Positions 52,041-63,183 of a stretch of 64,000 nucleotides of DNA are shown here, one piece after another. This DNA comes from Longimicrobiales bacterium (GTDB lineage: Bacteria; Gemmatimonadota; Gemmatimonadetes; Longimicrobiales; Gaopeijiaceae). Where the stretch lies: assembly GCA_965226375.1 (NCBI GenBank), contig CBDDCX010000006.1, positions 320,001-384,000 of the forward strand, read 5' to 3'. Each line of letters opens with the position of its first letter. Position 1 is the first letter of the stretch. A program made the position numbers and the translations under genes. The notes under the pieces were generated by a model. That model searched no databases. It was not told the origin of the DNA and worked only from the letters and a program-made list of their open reading frames with translations.

Positions 52041-52818
52041 CTCAAAGGGCAGTTCAAGATGCGCAACGGTCGCTACTGCTACCCCCTCACGATCCAGGAC
52101 GGCTTCAGCCGGTTCCTGCTCGAGTGCACAGGGCTGTATTCCACGTCGATCGAGCTCGCCAAGCCTGTGTTCATCAGGACTTTCCGCGAGTTCGGTCTGC
52201 CCGCCGTCATCCGCTCCGACAATGGTACGCCCTTCGCTTCCATCGGCCTCGCTCGCCTCACACGCCTGAGTGCCTGGTGGATCCGCCTCGGTATCCGTCC
52301 TGAGACCATCGAGCCGGGTAAGCCGCAGCAGAACGGCCGACACGAACGCATGCACAGGACCCTCAAGCGTGAAGCCACTCGCCCGCCCAAGGCCAACCTC
52401 AGTGCCCAGCAGCGCCACTTCAACGACTTCCGCCACACATTCAATCACATCCGCCCCCACGAGGCGCTCGACGACGCTACTCCCCATTCCGTCTACCGAT
52501 CGGCTCTTAGAGCCTACCCCGACGTCCTTCCGCCCATCGAGTACCCTGAGCACTTCGAGGTCCGTAAGGTCTCTACAAACGGAGCCATCCGCTGGCACTC
52601 GCGTTGGATCAACATCAGTTCGGCTCTGGGCAACGAGTTCATCGGGCTCGAACCCATCGGCCCCGCTCTGTGGCAGGTCTACTTCGGTCCCACTACCCTC
52701 GGGTGGTTTGACGAAGAACTCTTCGTCATTTTCGACACCCACGGTAACACAGGACGTAACCCAATCTGTTAACCATCAGCTGGCACACTTGTGTTAACCA
52801 TCAGGTGCGCTGTTCACA
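52041..52818 (+). mobile_element. IS481-family remnant (integrase core to right end; 5' part deleted)
   Basis: KGQFKMRNGRYCYPLTIQD, IRSDNGTPF, PQQNGRHERMHRTLK, RPHEAL; stop 52772; end with TGTTAACCATCAG x2 and terminal ACA. Confidence 0.88.
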
Positions 52819-53701
52819 CCGAACTGAACGGAACGGAGGAGGACATGGTCACCGCGTCCTCAGGCGTAAGCTCGCCCTGAATCTCCCACGCGATGGCCTC
52901 AGCCACCTCCGTCTGGAGACTCAGGACTCCGGAGAAGTCGCGCGTATAACTCTGGGTCCAGACGTGGGTGTCGCTGGGACCGTGGATCAGCTGTACCGTG
53001 ATCCTCACCTCGTCTCCGGCGCGTGTCACAGAGCCCTCCACGATGCCTTCCACACCCAGTTCCTGAGCGATCTCGGGAATCGTCTTGGCCGTACCGGCGT
53101 AGCGCGCCACCGACGTCCTCGACACCACCCTGATCGCCGGCAATTGGCTCAGGCGGGCGATGAGCGCCTCGTGCATTCCGGCAACGAAGTAATCCTGCTC
53201 GTCAGTGTCTGAAAAGTTGTCCAGCGGAAGCACGGCTATAGAGCCGATCGGCTCATCCGGGTTGTAGGCCGCCGGAGTTACGGTCGGCCTCCCGACAAAG
53301 CCTGCACCGGACGCCGGAGGCTGGAGGCTCTTTCCGATCCACCACGAACCCAGCACCCCCACCGCGAGCACGGTGACCGTGAGGAGGGCCGCGCGGGGAA
53401 GCACTCCCGCACCGGGCATCCCACGGAGCTGCTCGGCAGCGGCATCGATGTCGTCGGTCTTACGGATGCCCTCGGGCGTGATGTCGAAGACCCACGCCAG
53501 CACCATGACGAGCGGGAAGCCCAGGACCGAGAAGACCACGACGTACTGTAGAGCCCATTCCGCGGAGAAGGCGGGCAGGATAATCTCGCCGAGTTGGAGC
53601 ACCACGAAGGCCACGGCGGCATACCCGATGGCCACGCGCACTACGTGCCGGCGTCTCAGGTCCGCCAGAAAGCACTCTAGCTTCGAAGGTTGATCACCCA
53701 T
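52819..53701 (-). pseudogene. TolB-like/TPR membrane protein, N-terminal part interrupted by IS481
   Basis: LRRRHVVRVAIGY, LAWVFDITPEG, SIAVLPLDN, VSRTS, RITVQLI. Confidence 0.8.
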
Positions 53702-53881
53702 GGTTCACGTTGCCGATCGCACCGAATCGACGGTGCCGATCATAAGGAGTCGCGCCCATCAACATGCTCCGGACGGGTTCATCGAACAAGCTGATTTGGC
53801 CTGCCGTGCTAACACCTGAGATGCCGCATCGGGTCCCGTCGTTTAATGATCGGAACATCGGCTCACCGGCTCCGGAGTTTC

Positions 53882-54892
53882 TCAGGCAACAGCGATGAAG
53901 TCCACGACCTCGCTCCAACCCGCCTGTCTCAGGGCACTCCGGATCTGGTCCCGGGCGCCGACCTGCCCAACGGCGGCCACACAGTACCCTGATCTATATT
54001 CGTTGACGCGTGAAGGGTGGACGACCGTTGCCCCATGGATGTGTTGTCCGATCTTACGTTCATCGAGATCGACAAACGTCCTTACCCGCCCCCCCTGTCG
54101 CTGTACTTCCCGCGCGAACGACTTTCCGAGGGGGCCCGCTCCCCACACCACCAGTCCCTCTCGGTCCCGGGCCAGAGTACGCAGCAGGTAATGGACCTTG
54201 CAGCGTCGAAAAGCCTCCGGAGCGTAGGCTTCATGCCGGCGTGAGGCCCGGTCCTGCCGTTCGCGCCAGTGGAGTAGAACCCGGTCTACCACACCGAGGG
54301 CTGCCCCTGACTCCCAGAGTCTCATGAGAAGATCGTAGTCCTCGGGCCACCCACGGTCCGCATATCCGCCCACCTCCGACACGGCGGATGATCTGAGAAA
54401 GAACGTGGGGTGGGCCAACGGGCACTCGACGAACAGGTTGCGCTCCACATCGGCGGGAGTGCGCATGTCGTTGAGCCACGCCTCGTAGCGTAGGCCGCCG
54501 TCCTTCAACGCCTCTCTGGGAAAGTAGCGGACTCCCGCCCCACAGGCCGCCAAGGTCGGGTCGCTGTCCAGGAGAGCCCGTTGGTGCTCGAATCGGCTGG
54601 CTTCCGCTACGTCGTCGGCGTCCATGCGAGCCAGGTATCGACCCCGCGCCCTGCTGCGCCCCGCCTCCAGGGCCGCCGTGATGCCGAGAGAGGGCTGACA
54701 GGTCACCTCGACGCGAGAGTCCTCCCGCGCCCACTGAGAGAGGATTTCGACGCTCTCGTCCGTGGAACCGTCATCCACCGCCAGGACCTCGAAGTCCCCG
54801 AACGTCTGCGAGCGCAACGAGTCGATGCACTCGGGTAGGTAGGCTGCTGCGTCACGGACCGGAAGCAGGACCGAGACGTCGGGCTCAGCCAC
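53882..54892 (-). CDS. Glycosyltransferase family 2 with C-terminal Rossmann-like domain
   Basis: VSVLLPV, VDDGSTD, RMDADD, PEDYDL, WGAG. Confidence 0.9.
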   Translation of the reverse strand: MAEPDVSVLLPVRDAAAYLPECIDSLRSQTFGDFEVLAVDDGSTDESVEILSQWAREDSRVEVTCQPSLGITAALEAGRSRARGRYLARMDADDVAEASRFEHQRALLDSDPTLAACGAGVRYFPREALKDGGLRYEAWLNDMRTPADVERNLFVECPLAHPTFFLRSSAVSEVGGYADRGWPEDYDLLMRLWESGAALGVVDRVLLHWRERQDRASRRHEAYAPEAFRRCKVHYLLRTLARDREGLVVWGAGPLGKSFAREVQRQGGRVRTFVDLDERKIGQHIHGATVVHPSRVNEYRSGYCVAAVGQVGARDQIRSALRQAGWSEVVDFIAVA

Positions 54893-57017
54893 CCCCGACC
54901 ACCTGCTCGGCCTCGAGCTCTATCACGAAGGGCTGCCCAGGCGTCTCCAGCTTGAGGATGACGTGTGGAGCTCTCACCCGCGCATAGACGAACTGCGGAG
55001 CCTGAGCACCCACGATCTCGATGCGATACGCGTCGAAACGGCCCGCCGGGACCGTCACCCTGGTCCGGTCCAGTACCCGCACGCGCACATGAGCGACAAC
55101 TCCCGACTCCACCTGCAGGATCGGCAAAACCAGCTCGAGGCCCTCTTCGAGGTCAGCAAGCCAGATCACCACCTCGAGCATCTCTCCCACCAAGGAGCCG
55201 GGGACCAGCGGCGCCTCGAACGGCTCGGTACGTCCGTCGGGAAGGGTTCGGCTCCCTACGACCCGACCGTCCACGATGTCGAGGCGGGCAGCGGCCCGTT
55301 GGCCTCCTTGGGTGAATTCGAAGCTCCCACCGAGGGGACGAAACTCGCGACCATCGAACGTCACATCTTGAACCAAGACCTGCGGGCCTACGGTCGTCGA
55401 TGACCGCAGTGAGAATCGCCCGGTGGCACCGCCCTCAGTGGTCGGCGTGAGGGTTCGGACCATCTCACCCGCCACGTTACCGTCCACGCTGATGCGATAC
55501 CGCCAGGTGCCCGGTCCAAGTGACGACGCGTCGATCACGAGCGGAGTGACCGGAGGCGTCAGGTCGGCGAGGTCGAGCTCAGACCCGTCGAGGTCTACCA
55601 CTCGGACCGACCCCAAGGTGGCGAACCGGGAGCGCAGGAGCCTTGCGTCTCCGACCACCACGACCGTTACGTCTTCGGGTCTCAGGTGCTCCCGGGCGAC
55701 CCTCTGTAGCTCATTCGGCGTCAGGGCACGCACCTTCTCCGCATAAACCTCCAACGGGTGCGCGCCGGGTTGGGGGGAATCCTCCAGCATCCGAAAACGG
55801 CCGACCTGTCCCACAACCTGCCGGGCGGTGGCCAACTGGATCGGCAGCGCCGCCGCGATGAAGTCCTTCAGCGAGGCCGTCTCTTCGACGCCGGGAGGCT
55901 CGCTCCTCAACTTCTCCAGGACCGCCATGACCTCGGCCACGGCCGAGTCCGCCACCTCGACCCGAACATCGAGATCCACCCCGAGCAGACCAGGACCCCG
56001 GCGGCGGTTCAGTGCGGCAGTAGCCGATCCCGACCATCCCCGCGTTCGCACGAGCGCTCCCAGCCGGGCGTCCGGGCCTCCACTCAGAACCTGACCGAGC
56101 AACGACAGTCCGGCCCAATCCGGATGATCTCCTGCCACGAGGGCATGCCCCATGCGGATGACGGCTCGGGTGGACCCCGGGGTGTGCACGATGAGGCTCC
56201 GGACCCGTCGGTCACCCCCAACCGGACTCGCCTCGAGCGGGTCGCGCCCACCTGACGGCGCAGATACAAGCGTGTCGGTCCCGGTGACCCAGTCGGCAAA
56301 GTGCGCCTCAAGGCGGCTCGTGACGTCGTCCGGATCTATGTCACCCGAGACCAGGAACACGGCCCCTTCCGGTCTAAAGGCCCTGCGGTGGTACGCCCTC
56401 AGGTCGGCCACGTTGATGTCGCGGACCTCCTCTGGATGCTCATACAGGCCGTACGCGTGGGATACGTATACTTCGTATCGAAACATACGTACGGCCAACG
56501 CGCGAGGCTCGGTGAGTCCGGTCTCGAGGGAGATAACCCGCCGCCGACGCACGCGCTGAACCTCGGCCTGAGGAAAGGAGGGACGCAGGACCACGTCGGC
56601 CATGAGGGTCAAGGCCGAATCCAGGTGGGCGGTCAGGGATCCCAGCGACACGGTGGTCCAGTCCGTGCCCACCACCGCCGAGAGTGCGACGCCCGACCGA
56701 TCGACGGCACCGGCCAGATCGGCGGGCGAACGACGATCCGTCCCCCGAGTGATCAACTGCGAGACCAATTCGGCCGTGCCGGCCGAACCAGGCGTGTCGG
56801 CCGATCGGCCCCCCGGAATGACCAGGCTGATGTCCACCCACGGCAGAAGCGAGTCTCGCATGACCAGAACCCCGGCCCCGTTCGTGAGCGTGCGCTCCTC
56901 GAGGCTCGGAAAGGACGGTGGCGCTGGAGGCGTGACATCGGGCGGCACCTGCTGGGCGGATCCTGCGGCCGCGGCGGCCATCAACCCAATCACGGCGGCC
57001 ACCCCCGGCCTACCCAT
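54885..57017 (-). CDS. M16 peptidase-like subunit lacking HxxEH, with extra C-terminal beta domain
   Basis: TLTNG, GTAELVSQL in place of HxxEH, VVVGD; C-terminal VTVPAGRFDAY (DUF3108-like). Confidence 0.75.
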   Translation of the reverse strand: MGRPGVAAVIGLMAAAAAGSAQQVPPDVTPPAPPSFPSLEERTLTNGAGVLVMRDSLLPWVDISLVIPGGRSADTPGSAGTAELVSQLITRGTDRRSPADLAGAVDRSGVALSAVVGTDWTTVSLGSLTAHLDSALTLMADVVLRPSFPQAEVQRVRRRRVISLETGLTEPRALAVRMFRYEVYVSHAYGLYEHPEEVRDINVADLRAYHRRAFRPEGAVFLVSGDIDPDDVTSRLEAHFADWVTGTDTLVSAPSGGRDPLEASPVGGDRRVRSLIVHTPGSTRAVIRMGHALVAGDHPDWAGLSLLGQVLSGGPDARLGALVRTRGWSGSATAALNRRRGPGLLGVDLDVRVEVADSAVAEVMAVLEKLRSEPPGVEETASLKDFIAAALPIQLATARQVVGQVGRFRMLEDSPQPGAHPLEVYAEKVRALTPNELQRVAREHLRPEDVTVVVVGDARLLRSRFATLGSVRVVDLDGSELDLADLTPPVTPLVIDASSLGPGTWRYRISVDGNVAGEMVRTLTPTTEGGATGRFSLRSSTTVGPQVLVQDVTFDGREFRPLGGSFEFTQGGQRAAARLDIVDGRVVGSRTLPDGRTEPFEAPLVPGSLVGEMLEVVIWLADLEEGLELVLPILQVESGVVAHVRVRVLDRTRVTVPAGRFDAYRIEIVGAQAPQFVYARVRAPHVILKLETPGQPFVIELEAEQVVGGG

Positions 57018-58386
57018 CGAACCCCGCGGGCAAAGCCAGAACCACGGCCCGATTCTCGGGAATCAGATACTGCCGAGCCACCCGGAGAATGTCCTCCACG
57101 GTCACGGCGTCGTAGCGCTCCAGCTCCGAGTTGGCCCGGACGGCCCTCCCTCCAAAGAGATGATGGCGTTGCAGCTCGGAAGCACGCCCCACCAAGGTCA
57201 GGCGCGCAACGATCTCCGCGGCCCTACGCTGATTCTTGGCCCTATCCAACTCCTCCCCCGTAATACCACTCTCGCGAATGTCGTCGATCACCGAGAGAAG
57301 GACCCTCTCCAACCGCTCCGGCTCCGTGCCTTCGGTGGGCAGCGCACCCAGGAGGAGCGAGCCGGGGCCCTTCCTGCGATTGAGGACCGAGACCACGTCC
57401 AAGGCCACCCGGGTCCGTTCTACAAGAACCGAGTCGAGACGGCTGCTCTGTCCTGCGCTGATGACCGAAGAGAGGAGGGACAGGGCGTACAGATCCTCGT
57501 CGACGGACTCCGGAACGGCATAGGCCACCCAAAGCAGAGGAGCGGCCGCAACCGGATCTGTTATCGTGACTCGGGCCCCTGCCGCGCCCGACGGCACCAT
57601 TGGAAAGGCGGGCAACCGCGGGGGGGCAGGGCGACGGTCGAGCGATGCGAAGTAGCGCTCTGCCAAGGTCTCGACCCGAGCTCGAGACGCATCTCCCACG
57701 ATGGTCAGCACCGCGTTGGCGGGCACGTAATAGAGCTCGTGGAAGCGCCGAACGATCGCCGCGTCGATCTCCTCCAGATCGGCACGTCCCACGAGAGGGT
57801 TCCGGTACGGCGCGTAGGCGGAGACCAGCGTATCGACCACGATCTGGGACCGGGCGTAGGGTTGCGCGTCGATCCGCGCCCGGGCCTCCACGGCCACAGC
57901 AGCCGTCGCCATGGTCACGAGCGAGTCGTTGAACGGGGCATCGCCCATACGCCCGGCCTGAATCCAGAAGGCCAACTCCAGCGCCCCGGACGGAACGACC
58001 ATGTCGAAGGCCGTTCGGTCGACATCCGTGGAAACGGAGGCCACACCTCCGGCATCACCCACCAGACGGTCCACCTCGGCCTCGCTCAGACCCCACACTC
58101 GGCTGCCGAGCAGGTGCTCCAACAGGTGGGCGAGTCCCGTATAGCCCTCGAACTCGTGGGCAGCGCCCACGTGATACCAGACACTGACCGCCGTTACCGG
58201 GGCCGAATGGTCTTCGCTCAGGACCACGGTGAGGCCGTTGCCCAACTGGAAGGTCTCCACCGGGAGCACGGCGGCCACCGGTTGAGACACGGCTCCGGCC
58301 GCCGATCCCTGGGCGGTGAGATCGGTGCCTCGAAGCCCCGGCGTACATAACAGCAGCGACAACACGGCCGTGACGCAGACTCGCAT
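57010..58386 (-). CDS. M16 (pitrilysin-family) peptidase
   Basis: LGNGL, WYHVG, GLAHLLEHL, YYVPANAVLTIVGD; signal peptide. Confidence 0.85.
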   Translation of the reverse strand: MRVCVTAVLSLLLCTPGLRGTDLTAQGSAAGAVSQPVAAVLPVETFQLGNGLTVVLSEDHSAPVTAVSVWYHVGAAHEFEGYTGLAHLLEHLLGSRVWGLSEAEVDRLVGDAGGVASVSTDVDRTAFDMVVPSGALELAFWIQAGRMGDAPFNDSLVTMATAAVAVEARARIDAQPYARSQIVVDTLVSAYAPYRNPLVGRADLEEIDAAIVRRFHELYYVPANAVLTIVGDASRARVETLAERYFASLDRRPAPPRLPAFPMVPSGAAGARVTITDPVAAAPLLWVAYAVPESVDEDLYALSLLSSVISAGQSSRLDSVLVERTRVALDVVSVLNRRKGPGSLLLGALPTEGTEPERLERVLLSVIDDIRESGITGEELDRAKNQRRAAEIVARLTLVGRASELQRHHLFGGRAVRANSELERYDAVTVEDILRVARQYLIPENRAVVLALPAGFDG

Positions 58387-58393
58387 TGCGACG

Positions 58394-61234
58394 CTACCCG
58401 ACCCCGACACCCGGGAGCACCCCCACCAGGTACTGCCCGGTCGCGCTCTCCGGAACCGATGCCACACTCTCGGGCCGCCCGATGGCCACGATCTCCCCAC
58501 CCCTGATCCCGGCCCCCGGCCCCATATCGATGATCCAGTCGGCCGTCTTCACGACTTCGAGGTTGTGTTCGATGACCAGGACCGCGTTACCGGCATCCAC
58601 CAGGCGGTCCAGGACCCGGAGCAACTTGCGGACGTCATCTCCGGACAGCCCCGTCGTCGGCTCGTCCAGAATGTAGAGCTTGCGCCCTTTTCGCCCGGCC
58701 ACACTGGCAAGCTCCCGGGCGATCTTGAGACGCTGCGCCTCGCCGCCCGAAAGCGTCGGCGCCGGCTGCCCGAGCCGCAGGTACCCCAACCCAACCTGCT
58801 GGAGCTGCCACAGGATCTTGCCCAGCTTGTCCTGTCGGATGAAGAACCGGATAGCCTCATCGACCGTCAGCTCGAGGACCTCGGCAACGTTGCGCCCCTT
58901 GAACCTGACGTCGAGCATCTCTCTCTTGTATCGGCTCCCGTGGCACACGTCGCACGGCACGTAGACGTCGGCCATGAAGATCATCTCGATCTCGACCTGC
59001 CCGGCACCCTTGCAGTCCTCGCAGCGGCCGCCCGGTACGTTGAACGAGAAGTGCCCGGCACTGTACCGCCGATCGACCGCGAGGGGTTGCGCGGCGAATA
59101 TCTTGCGAATCTCGTCCCACGCCTTGATGTAGGTCACGGGATTCGAGCGGGGGGTGCGGCCGATGGGCGACTGGTCCACGAGCACCACGTCGTCGAGCGA
59201 GGTCACGCCCTCTAGCGAATCGAACTCCCCGACAGCCTGACCGAGATGCTCCTTGGCGCTCGTCTCACCCCCCTTGAGCTCCCGCTCCAGGGCCCGGTAC
59301 AGCACGTCGTGCACGAGCGTGGACTTGCCCGAGCCCGACACCCCGGTGACCACGGTCATCGCCTCCAGAGGAATCTCCACGTCGACACCTTGCAGGTTGT
59401 GCATACGCGCACCACGCAGGGTAAGGCGCGGCCCATCCACCTGACGCCGGGACTCGGGCACCGGTATCTCGGACCGACCGGAGATGTAGAGGCCCGTGGC
59501 GCTGTCACTCCGCGTCAGCTCCTCGGGCGTGCCCTCGAATACGACGCTCCCTCCCTTGTCCCCGGACGCGGGGCCCAGCTCCAGAACGTGGTCCGCCTCC
59601 CGTATGGCCATGGGATCGTGCTCGACCACGAGCACCGTGTTGCCGGCGTCGCGCAGCTGGCCGAGCAGATGAAGAAGCGCCGTCGTGTCCTTCGGGTGTA
59701 GACCCACCGTGGGCTCGTCCAGGACGTAGAGGGTGTCGACGAGCTGTGAACCCAGTGAGTTGGCCAGGTTGATGCGCTGAGCCTCACCTCCGGAAAGCGT
59801 CCTCATCTGGCGATCCATGGCCACGTAGCCGAGGCCCACGTCGACCAGAAACGCCAGGCGGGCGTTGAGCTCCCGAAGGATCGTTTCGGCGATCTGGGCC
59901 TCCATCTCCGTGAGCTCCAAGCCGAGTACCCATTCCTGTAGATCCTCCATCGGGAGCCCACTGACGTCGGCGATGGAGCGCTCCATGATCCTGATGTAGA
60001 GCGCCTTGGGCTGGATCCGGGCACCTTGGCATGAGCGGCACGTCTGCGGGCTCTGATACTGGCGGAGAAACACCCGGATGTACTGCTTGTAGCGCTTTCG
60101 CTCGCGAGAAACGAGGAACGGGATTACGCCCTTGAAGTCCTCTGCCCCGTAGAGGACCTCTTCCCGAAAGTCCTCGGGCAGCTCGGTCCACGGGCTATAC
60201 AGCGACACCCCTCTCTCCAGCGTGTACGCGCGCAACTGCTCCCGCTCCTTCCGGTAGCGGGGTTTGGTCCAGGGATCCACGGCCCCGTCTTCGATGGAGC
60301 GCTGGAGGTTGGGCACGATGAGCTCTACATCGTAGTCCAACGTGCTGCCGAAGCCCGTGCAAGTGGGACAGGATCCGTACGGGTTGTTGAAGGAGAAAAG
60401 CTTCGGCGACGGATCGAAGAACTCGATGTCCGGATGATTGGCGCAACGGAAGTGTTCGGTGAACATCATGCGGCCCACTACTTCCCCGTCCGATGGATCG
60501 TGGATCAGAACGACGGCCTCACCCTCACCTTCTGCAAAGCAGGTCGCGAGCGAGTCCGCCAAGCGATCTCTCTCCTCTTGCCCTGTGGTGAGCCGATCGA
60601 CCAACACCAACGGGTCGGCGACCTGGGTGACGTCGAGACCAACCACCTCGGGATCTACCGCGTCGGGCATGCTCAGGTCGACCAACTGACCGTCCGCGAG
60701 AAGCCGCACGAAGCCGATGGCCAGGAGGTTTTCCACCACCAGCGTGTGACTGACACGTCCGCTGAACTTGAGAGGGAACGTCACCTGGATCTTCGAGCCC
60801 CCCGGTAACTCGAGGACCTGGTCCACCGCACTCGTCACCGTGTCCGGACGAACCTCGTCCCCGCACTCCGGACAGAACGTTCGGCCCACGCGAGCCCACA
60901 GGAGTCTCAGGTAGTCATAGACCTCCGTGGCCGTACCCACCGTGGACCGGCTCGACTTGGTGGGATTCTTCTGCTCAATGGCCACGGCGGGCGAGATACC
61001 CTCAATGGAGTCGACATCGGGCTTCTCCATCCGGTCCAGAAACTGCTTGGCGTAGGTCGACAACGACTCTACGTAGCGCCGCTGTCCCTCGGCGAAGAGC
61101 GTATCGAGGGCCAAGGAAGACTTGCCCGAGCCCGAAGGTCCTGTGATTACGGTGAGCGCACGCCTCGGAAGATCGATGTCCAGATTCTTGAGGTTGTGCT
61201 GACGCGCCCCTCGGATGCGAATCCAATCGTCCAT
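58394..61234 (-). CDS. uvrA: Excinuclease ABC subunit A
   Basis: GARQHNLKN, two GxSGSGKS Walker A, two LSGGEAQR, zinc fingers. Confidence 0.96.
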   Translation of the reverse strand: MDDWIRIRGARQHNLKNLDIDLPRRALTVITGPSGSGKSSLALDTLFAEGQRRYVESLSTYAKQFLDRMEKPDVDSIEGISPAVAIEQKNPTKSSRSTVGTATEVYDYLRLLWARVGRTFCPECGDEVRPDTVTSAVDQVLELPGGSKIQVTFPLKFSGRVSHTLVVENLLAIGFVRLLADGQLVDLSMPDAVDPEVVGLDVTQVADPLVLVDRLTTGQEERDRLADSLATCFAEGEGEAVVLIHDPSDGEVVGRMMFTEHFRCANHPDIEFFDPSPKLFSFNNPYGSCPTCTGFGSTLDYDVELIVPNLQRSIEDGAVDPWTKPRYRKEREQLRAYTLERGVSLYSPWTELPEDFREEVLYGAEDFKGVIPFLVSRERKRYKQYIRVFLRQYQSPQTCRSCQGARIQPKALYIRIMERSIADVSGLPMEDLQEWVLGLELTEMEAQIAETILRELNARLAFLVDVGLGYVAMDRQMRTLSGGEAQRINLANSLGSQLVDTLYVLDEPTVGLHPKDTTALLHLLGQLRDAGNTVLVVEHDPMAIREADHVLELGPASGDKGGSVVFEGTPEELTRSDSATGLYISGRSEIPVPESRRQVDGPRLTLRGARMHNLQGVDVEIPLEAMTVVTGVSGSGKSTLVHDVLYRALERELKGGETSAKEHLGQAVGEFDSLEGVTSLDDVVLVDQSPIGRTPRSNPVTYIKAWDEIRKIFAAQPLAVDRRYSAGHFSFNVPGGRCEDCKGAGQVEIEMIFMADVYVPCDVCHGSRYKREMLDVRFKGRNVAEVLELTVDEAIRFFIRQDKLGKILWQLQQVGLGYLRLGQPAPTLSGGEAQRLKIARELASVAGRKGRKLYILDEPTTGLSGDDVRKLLRVLDRLVDAGNAVLVIEHNLEVVKTADWIIDMGPGAGIRGGEIVAIGRPESVASVPESATGQYLVGVLPGVGVG

Positions 61235-61328
61235 AGAGCATTCTAGCGGACTCGGGCGGGCCGTGGAACTCGACCCCCGACAACTGGTATACCGCACCCC
61301 TCACCCACCTCGGCCAAAGGGATGACGC

Positions 61329-63137
61329 GTGCAGGGATCACAGGGCTCCTTCCAGGAAGAGGAGGCGCTGGGCAAGGCGTACGACGTCCGCCTGATGGAG
61401 CGGCTTCTGGAGTACCTGCGGCCCTACCGGTGGTACGTGCTCCTCGCTGTCGCACTGCTGATGGTCGCCTCGTTCCTGCAGGTGATCGGTCCGTGGCTCA
61501 CACGGATCGCGCTGGACGAAGCCATCCCCAACGGCGACGGCCCACTGTTGTCCAAGCTGGCCGGAGCGTACATGGCGGCCATTATGGGCGGCTTCTTTCT
61601 CATGTATGGACAGACGGTCCTCACCACATGGCTCGGTCAACGGGTCATGTACGACCTCCGCACGGAGATCTTCGGAAAGCTCCAGCGTATGGATCTGCGC
61701 TTCTACGACCGGAATCCTGTGGGCCGGCTCATGACGCGTATCACGAGCGACGTCGAGACCCTGAACGAGCTCTTCAGCTCGGGAGTCGTCGCGGTGTTCG
61801 GGGACGTCTTCACGCTGGGGTTCATCGTGGCCGCCATGCTCTACATGGATTGGCGGCTCGCTCTGGTCGCGTTCAGCGTCCTGCCGTTCGTGGCCCTGAC
61901 CGCGTTCCTGTTCAGGGCCAAAATCCGGGGTGCCTACCGCGACATCAGGGTACGGTTGGCCCGCCTGAACTCCTATCTGCACGAGCGCTTTACCGGAATC
62001 GCGGTGATACGTCTGTTCAATCGCGAAGAGGCCGACGCGAACAGGCACGCAGCGATCAACCAGGACTACCTGGAAGCCCACCTGCGCTCCATCACCTACT
62101 ACGCGCTGTTCTTTCCCGTTATCGAACTCTTCACGGCCATCGCTCTGGCGCTGATCATCTGGCGGGGTGGAGCCTCCATTCTGGAGGCAACTCTGACCGT
62201 GGGTGTGCTCGCCGCCTTCCTCCAGTACGCTCGCCGCTTCTTCCGGCCCATCCAGGATCTGTCGGAGAAGTACAATCTTCTGCAGGGAGCGATGGCCTCG
62301 TCGGAACGAGTCTTCAAGTTGCTAGACCGCGAGATCGAGATCACGGACCCCGAGGCGCCGGCTGTCCTGGCTACGCCGGTCGGGGGTCGCATCGAGTTCG
62401 ACGACGTGTGGTTCGCCTACGGGAAGGACGCGGGCGACGAGTGGGATTGGGTCCTGGAAGGAGTGAGCTTCCAGGCCCGACCGGGTGAGCGGTTGGCCAT
62501 CGTAGGCCACACGGGCGCCGGCAAGACCACGCTCGTCAACCTGCTCATGCGCTTCTACGAGCCGCAAAAAGGTCAGATCCGCTTGGATGGAGTGCCCATC
62601 GAGCGAGTCGGCCTCGATGAGCTCCGATCCCACATCGGCCTCGTCCTCCAGGACGTGTTCCTCTTCAGCCAGGACGTGTCCTACAACATCCGTCTCGGAG
62701 CGAGCGAGATCTCCGACTTGTCCGTCCGGGAGGCTGCCCAACGCGTCGGCGCGGCGCCCTTCATCGAACGCTTACCCCAGGGGTATGGCCAAGCGCTGGG
62801 AGAGAGGGGCTCGACGCTCTCGGTGGGCGAGCGTCAGCTCGTGTCCTTCGCGCGTGCTCTGGCGTTCGATCCTCAGGTCCTGATCCTGGATGAGGCGACC
62901 AGCTCCGTGGACTCGGAGATCGAGGCCCAGATCGAAACGGCCACGGACGAGCTCATGGCGGGACGGACATCGATGGTGATCGCCCACCGGCTGTCCACGG
63001 TAAAAGGAGCCGATCGCATCATCGTGCTCCACCACGGAAAGCTCGTCGAGGAAGGCAGCCACGAGGAACTTCTCGAGGCCGAGGGTCTCTATGCCCGGCT
63101 CCACGAGCTCCAGTTTACCAGGACTCCTGCGGCCTGA
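61329..63137 (+). CDS. ABC transporter ATP-binding/permease (MdlB-like exporter)
   Basis: TM domain; GHTGAGKT, LSVGERQ, ILDEATS, IAHRLST. Confidence 0.92.
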   Translation: MQGSQGSFQEEEALGKAYDVRLMERLLEYLRPYRWYVLLAVALLMVASFLQVIGPWLTRIALDEAIPNGDGPLLSKLAGAYMAAIMGGFFLMYGQTVLTTWLGQRVMYDLRTEIFGKLQRMDLRFYDRNPVGRLMTRITSDVETLNELFSSGVVAVFGDVFTLGFIVAAMLYMDWRLALVAFSVLPFVALTAFLFRAKIRGAYRDIRVRLARLNSYLHERFTGIAVIRLFNREEADANRHAAINQDYLEAHLRSITYYALFFPVIELFTAIALALIIWRGGASILEATLTVGVLAAFLQYARRFFRPIQDLSEKYNLLQGAMASSERVFKLLDREIEITDPEAPAVLATPVGGRIEFDDVWFAYGKDAGDEWDWVLEGVSFQARPGERLAIVGHTGAGKTTLVNLLMRFYEPQKGQIRLDGVPIERVGLDELRSHIGLVLQDVFLFSQDVSYNIRLGASEISDLSVREAAQRVGAAPFIERLPQGYGQALGERGSTLSVGERQLVSFARALAFDPQVLILDEATSSVDSEIEAQIETATDELMAGRTSMVIAHRLSTVKGADRIIVLHHGKLVEEGSHEELLEAEGLYARLHELQFTRTPAA

Positions 63138-63155
63138 GCGAGACGGGGCCGAATA

Positions 63156-63183
63156 CCGCGGCTTCGTAGCGGCAAAGCCGCGG
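63156..63183. terminator. Hairpin between convergent genes
   Basis: CCGCGGCTT / AAGCCGCGG stem. Confidence 0.55.

Noticed and set aside
28857..52818. The two IS481 fragments as halves of one element split by an inversion
   Set aside because: Both parts of the TPR gene remain co-oriented around the 52-kb fragment; an inversion would have moved one part next to 29110. Independent copies fit better.
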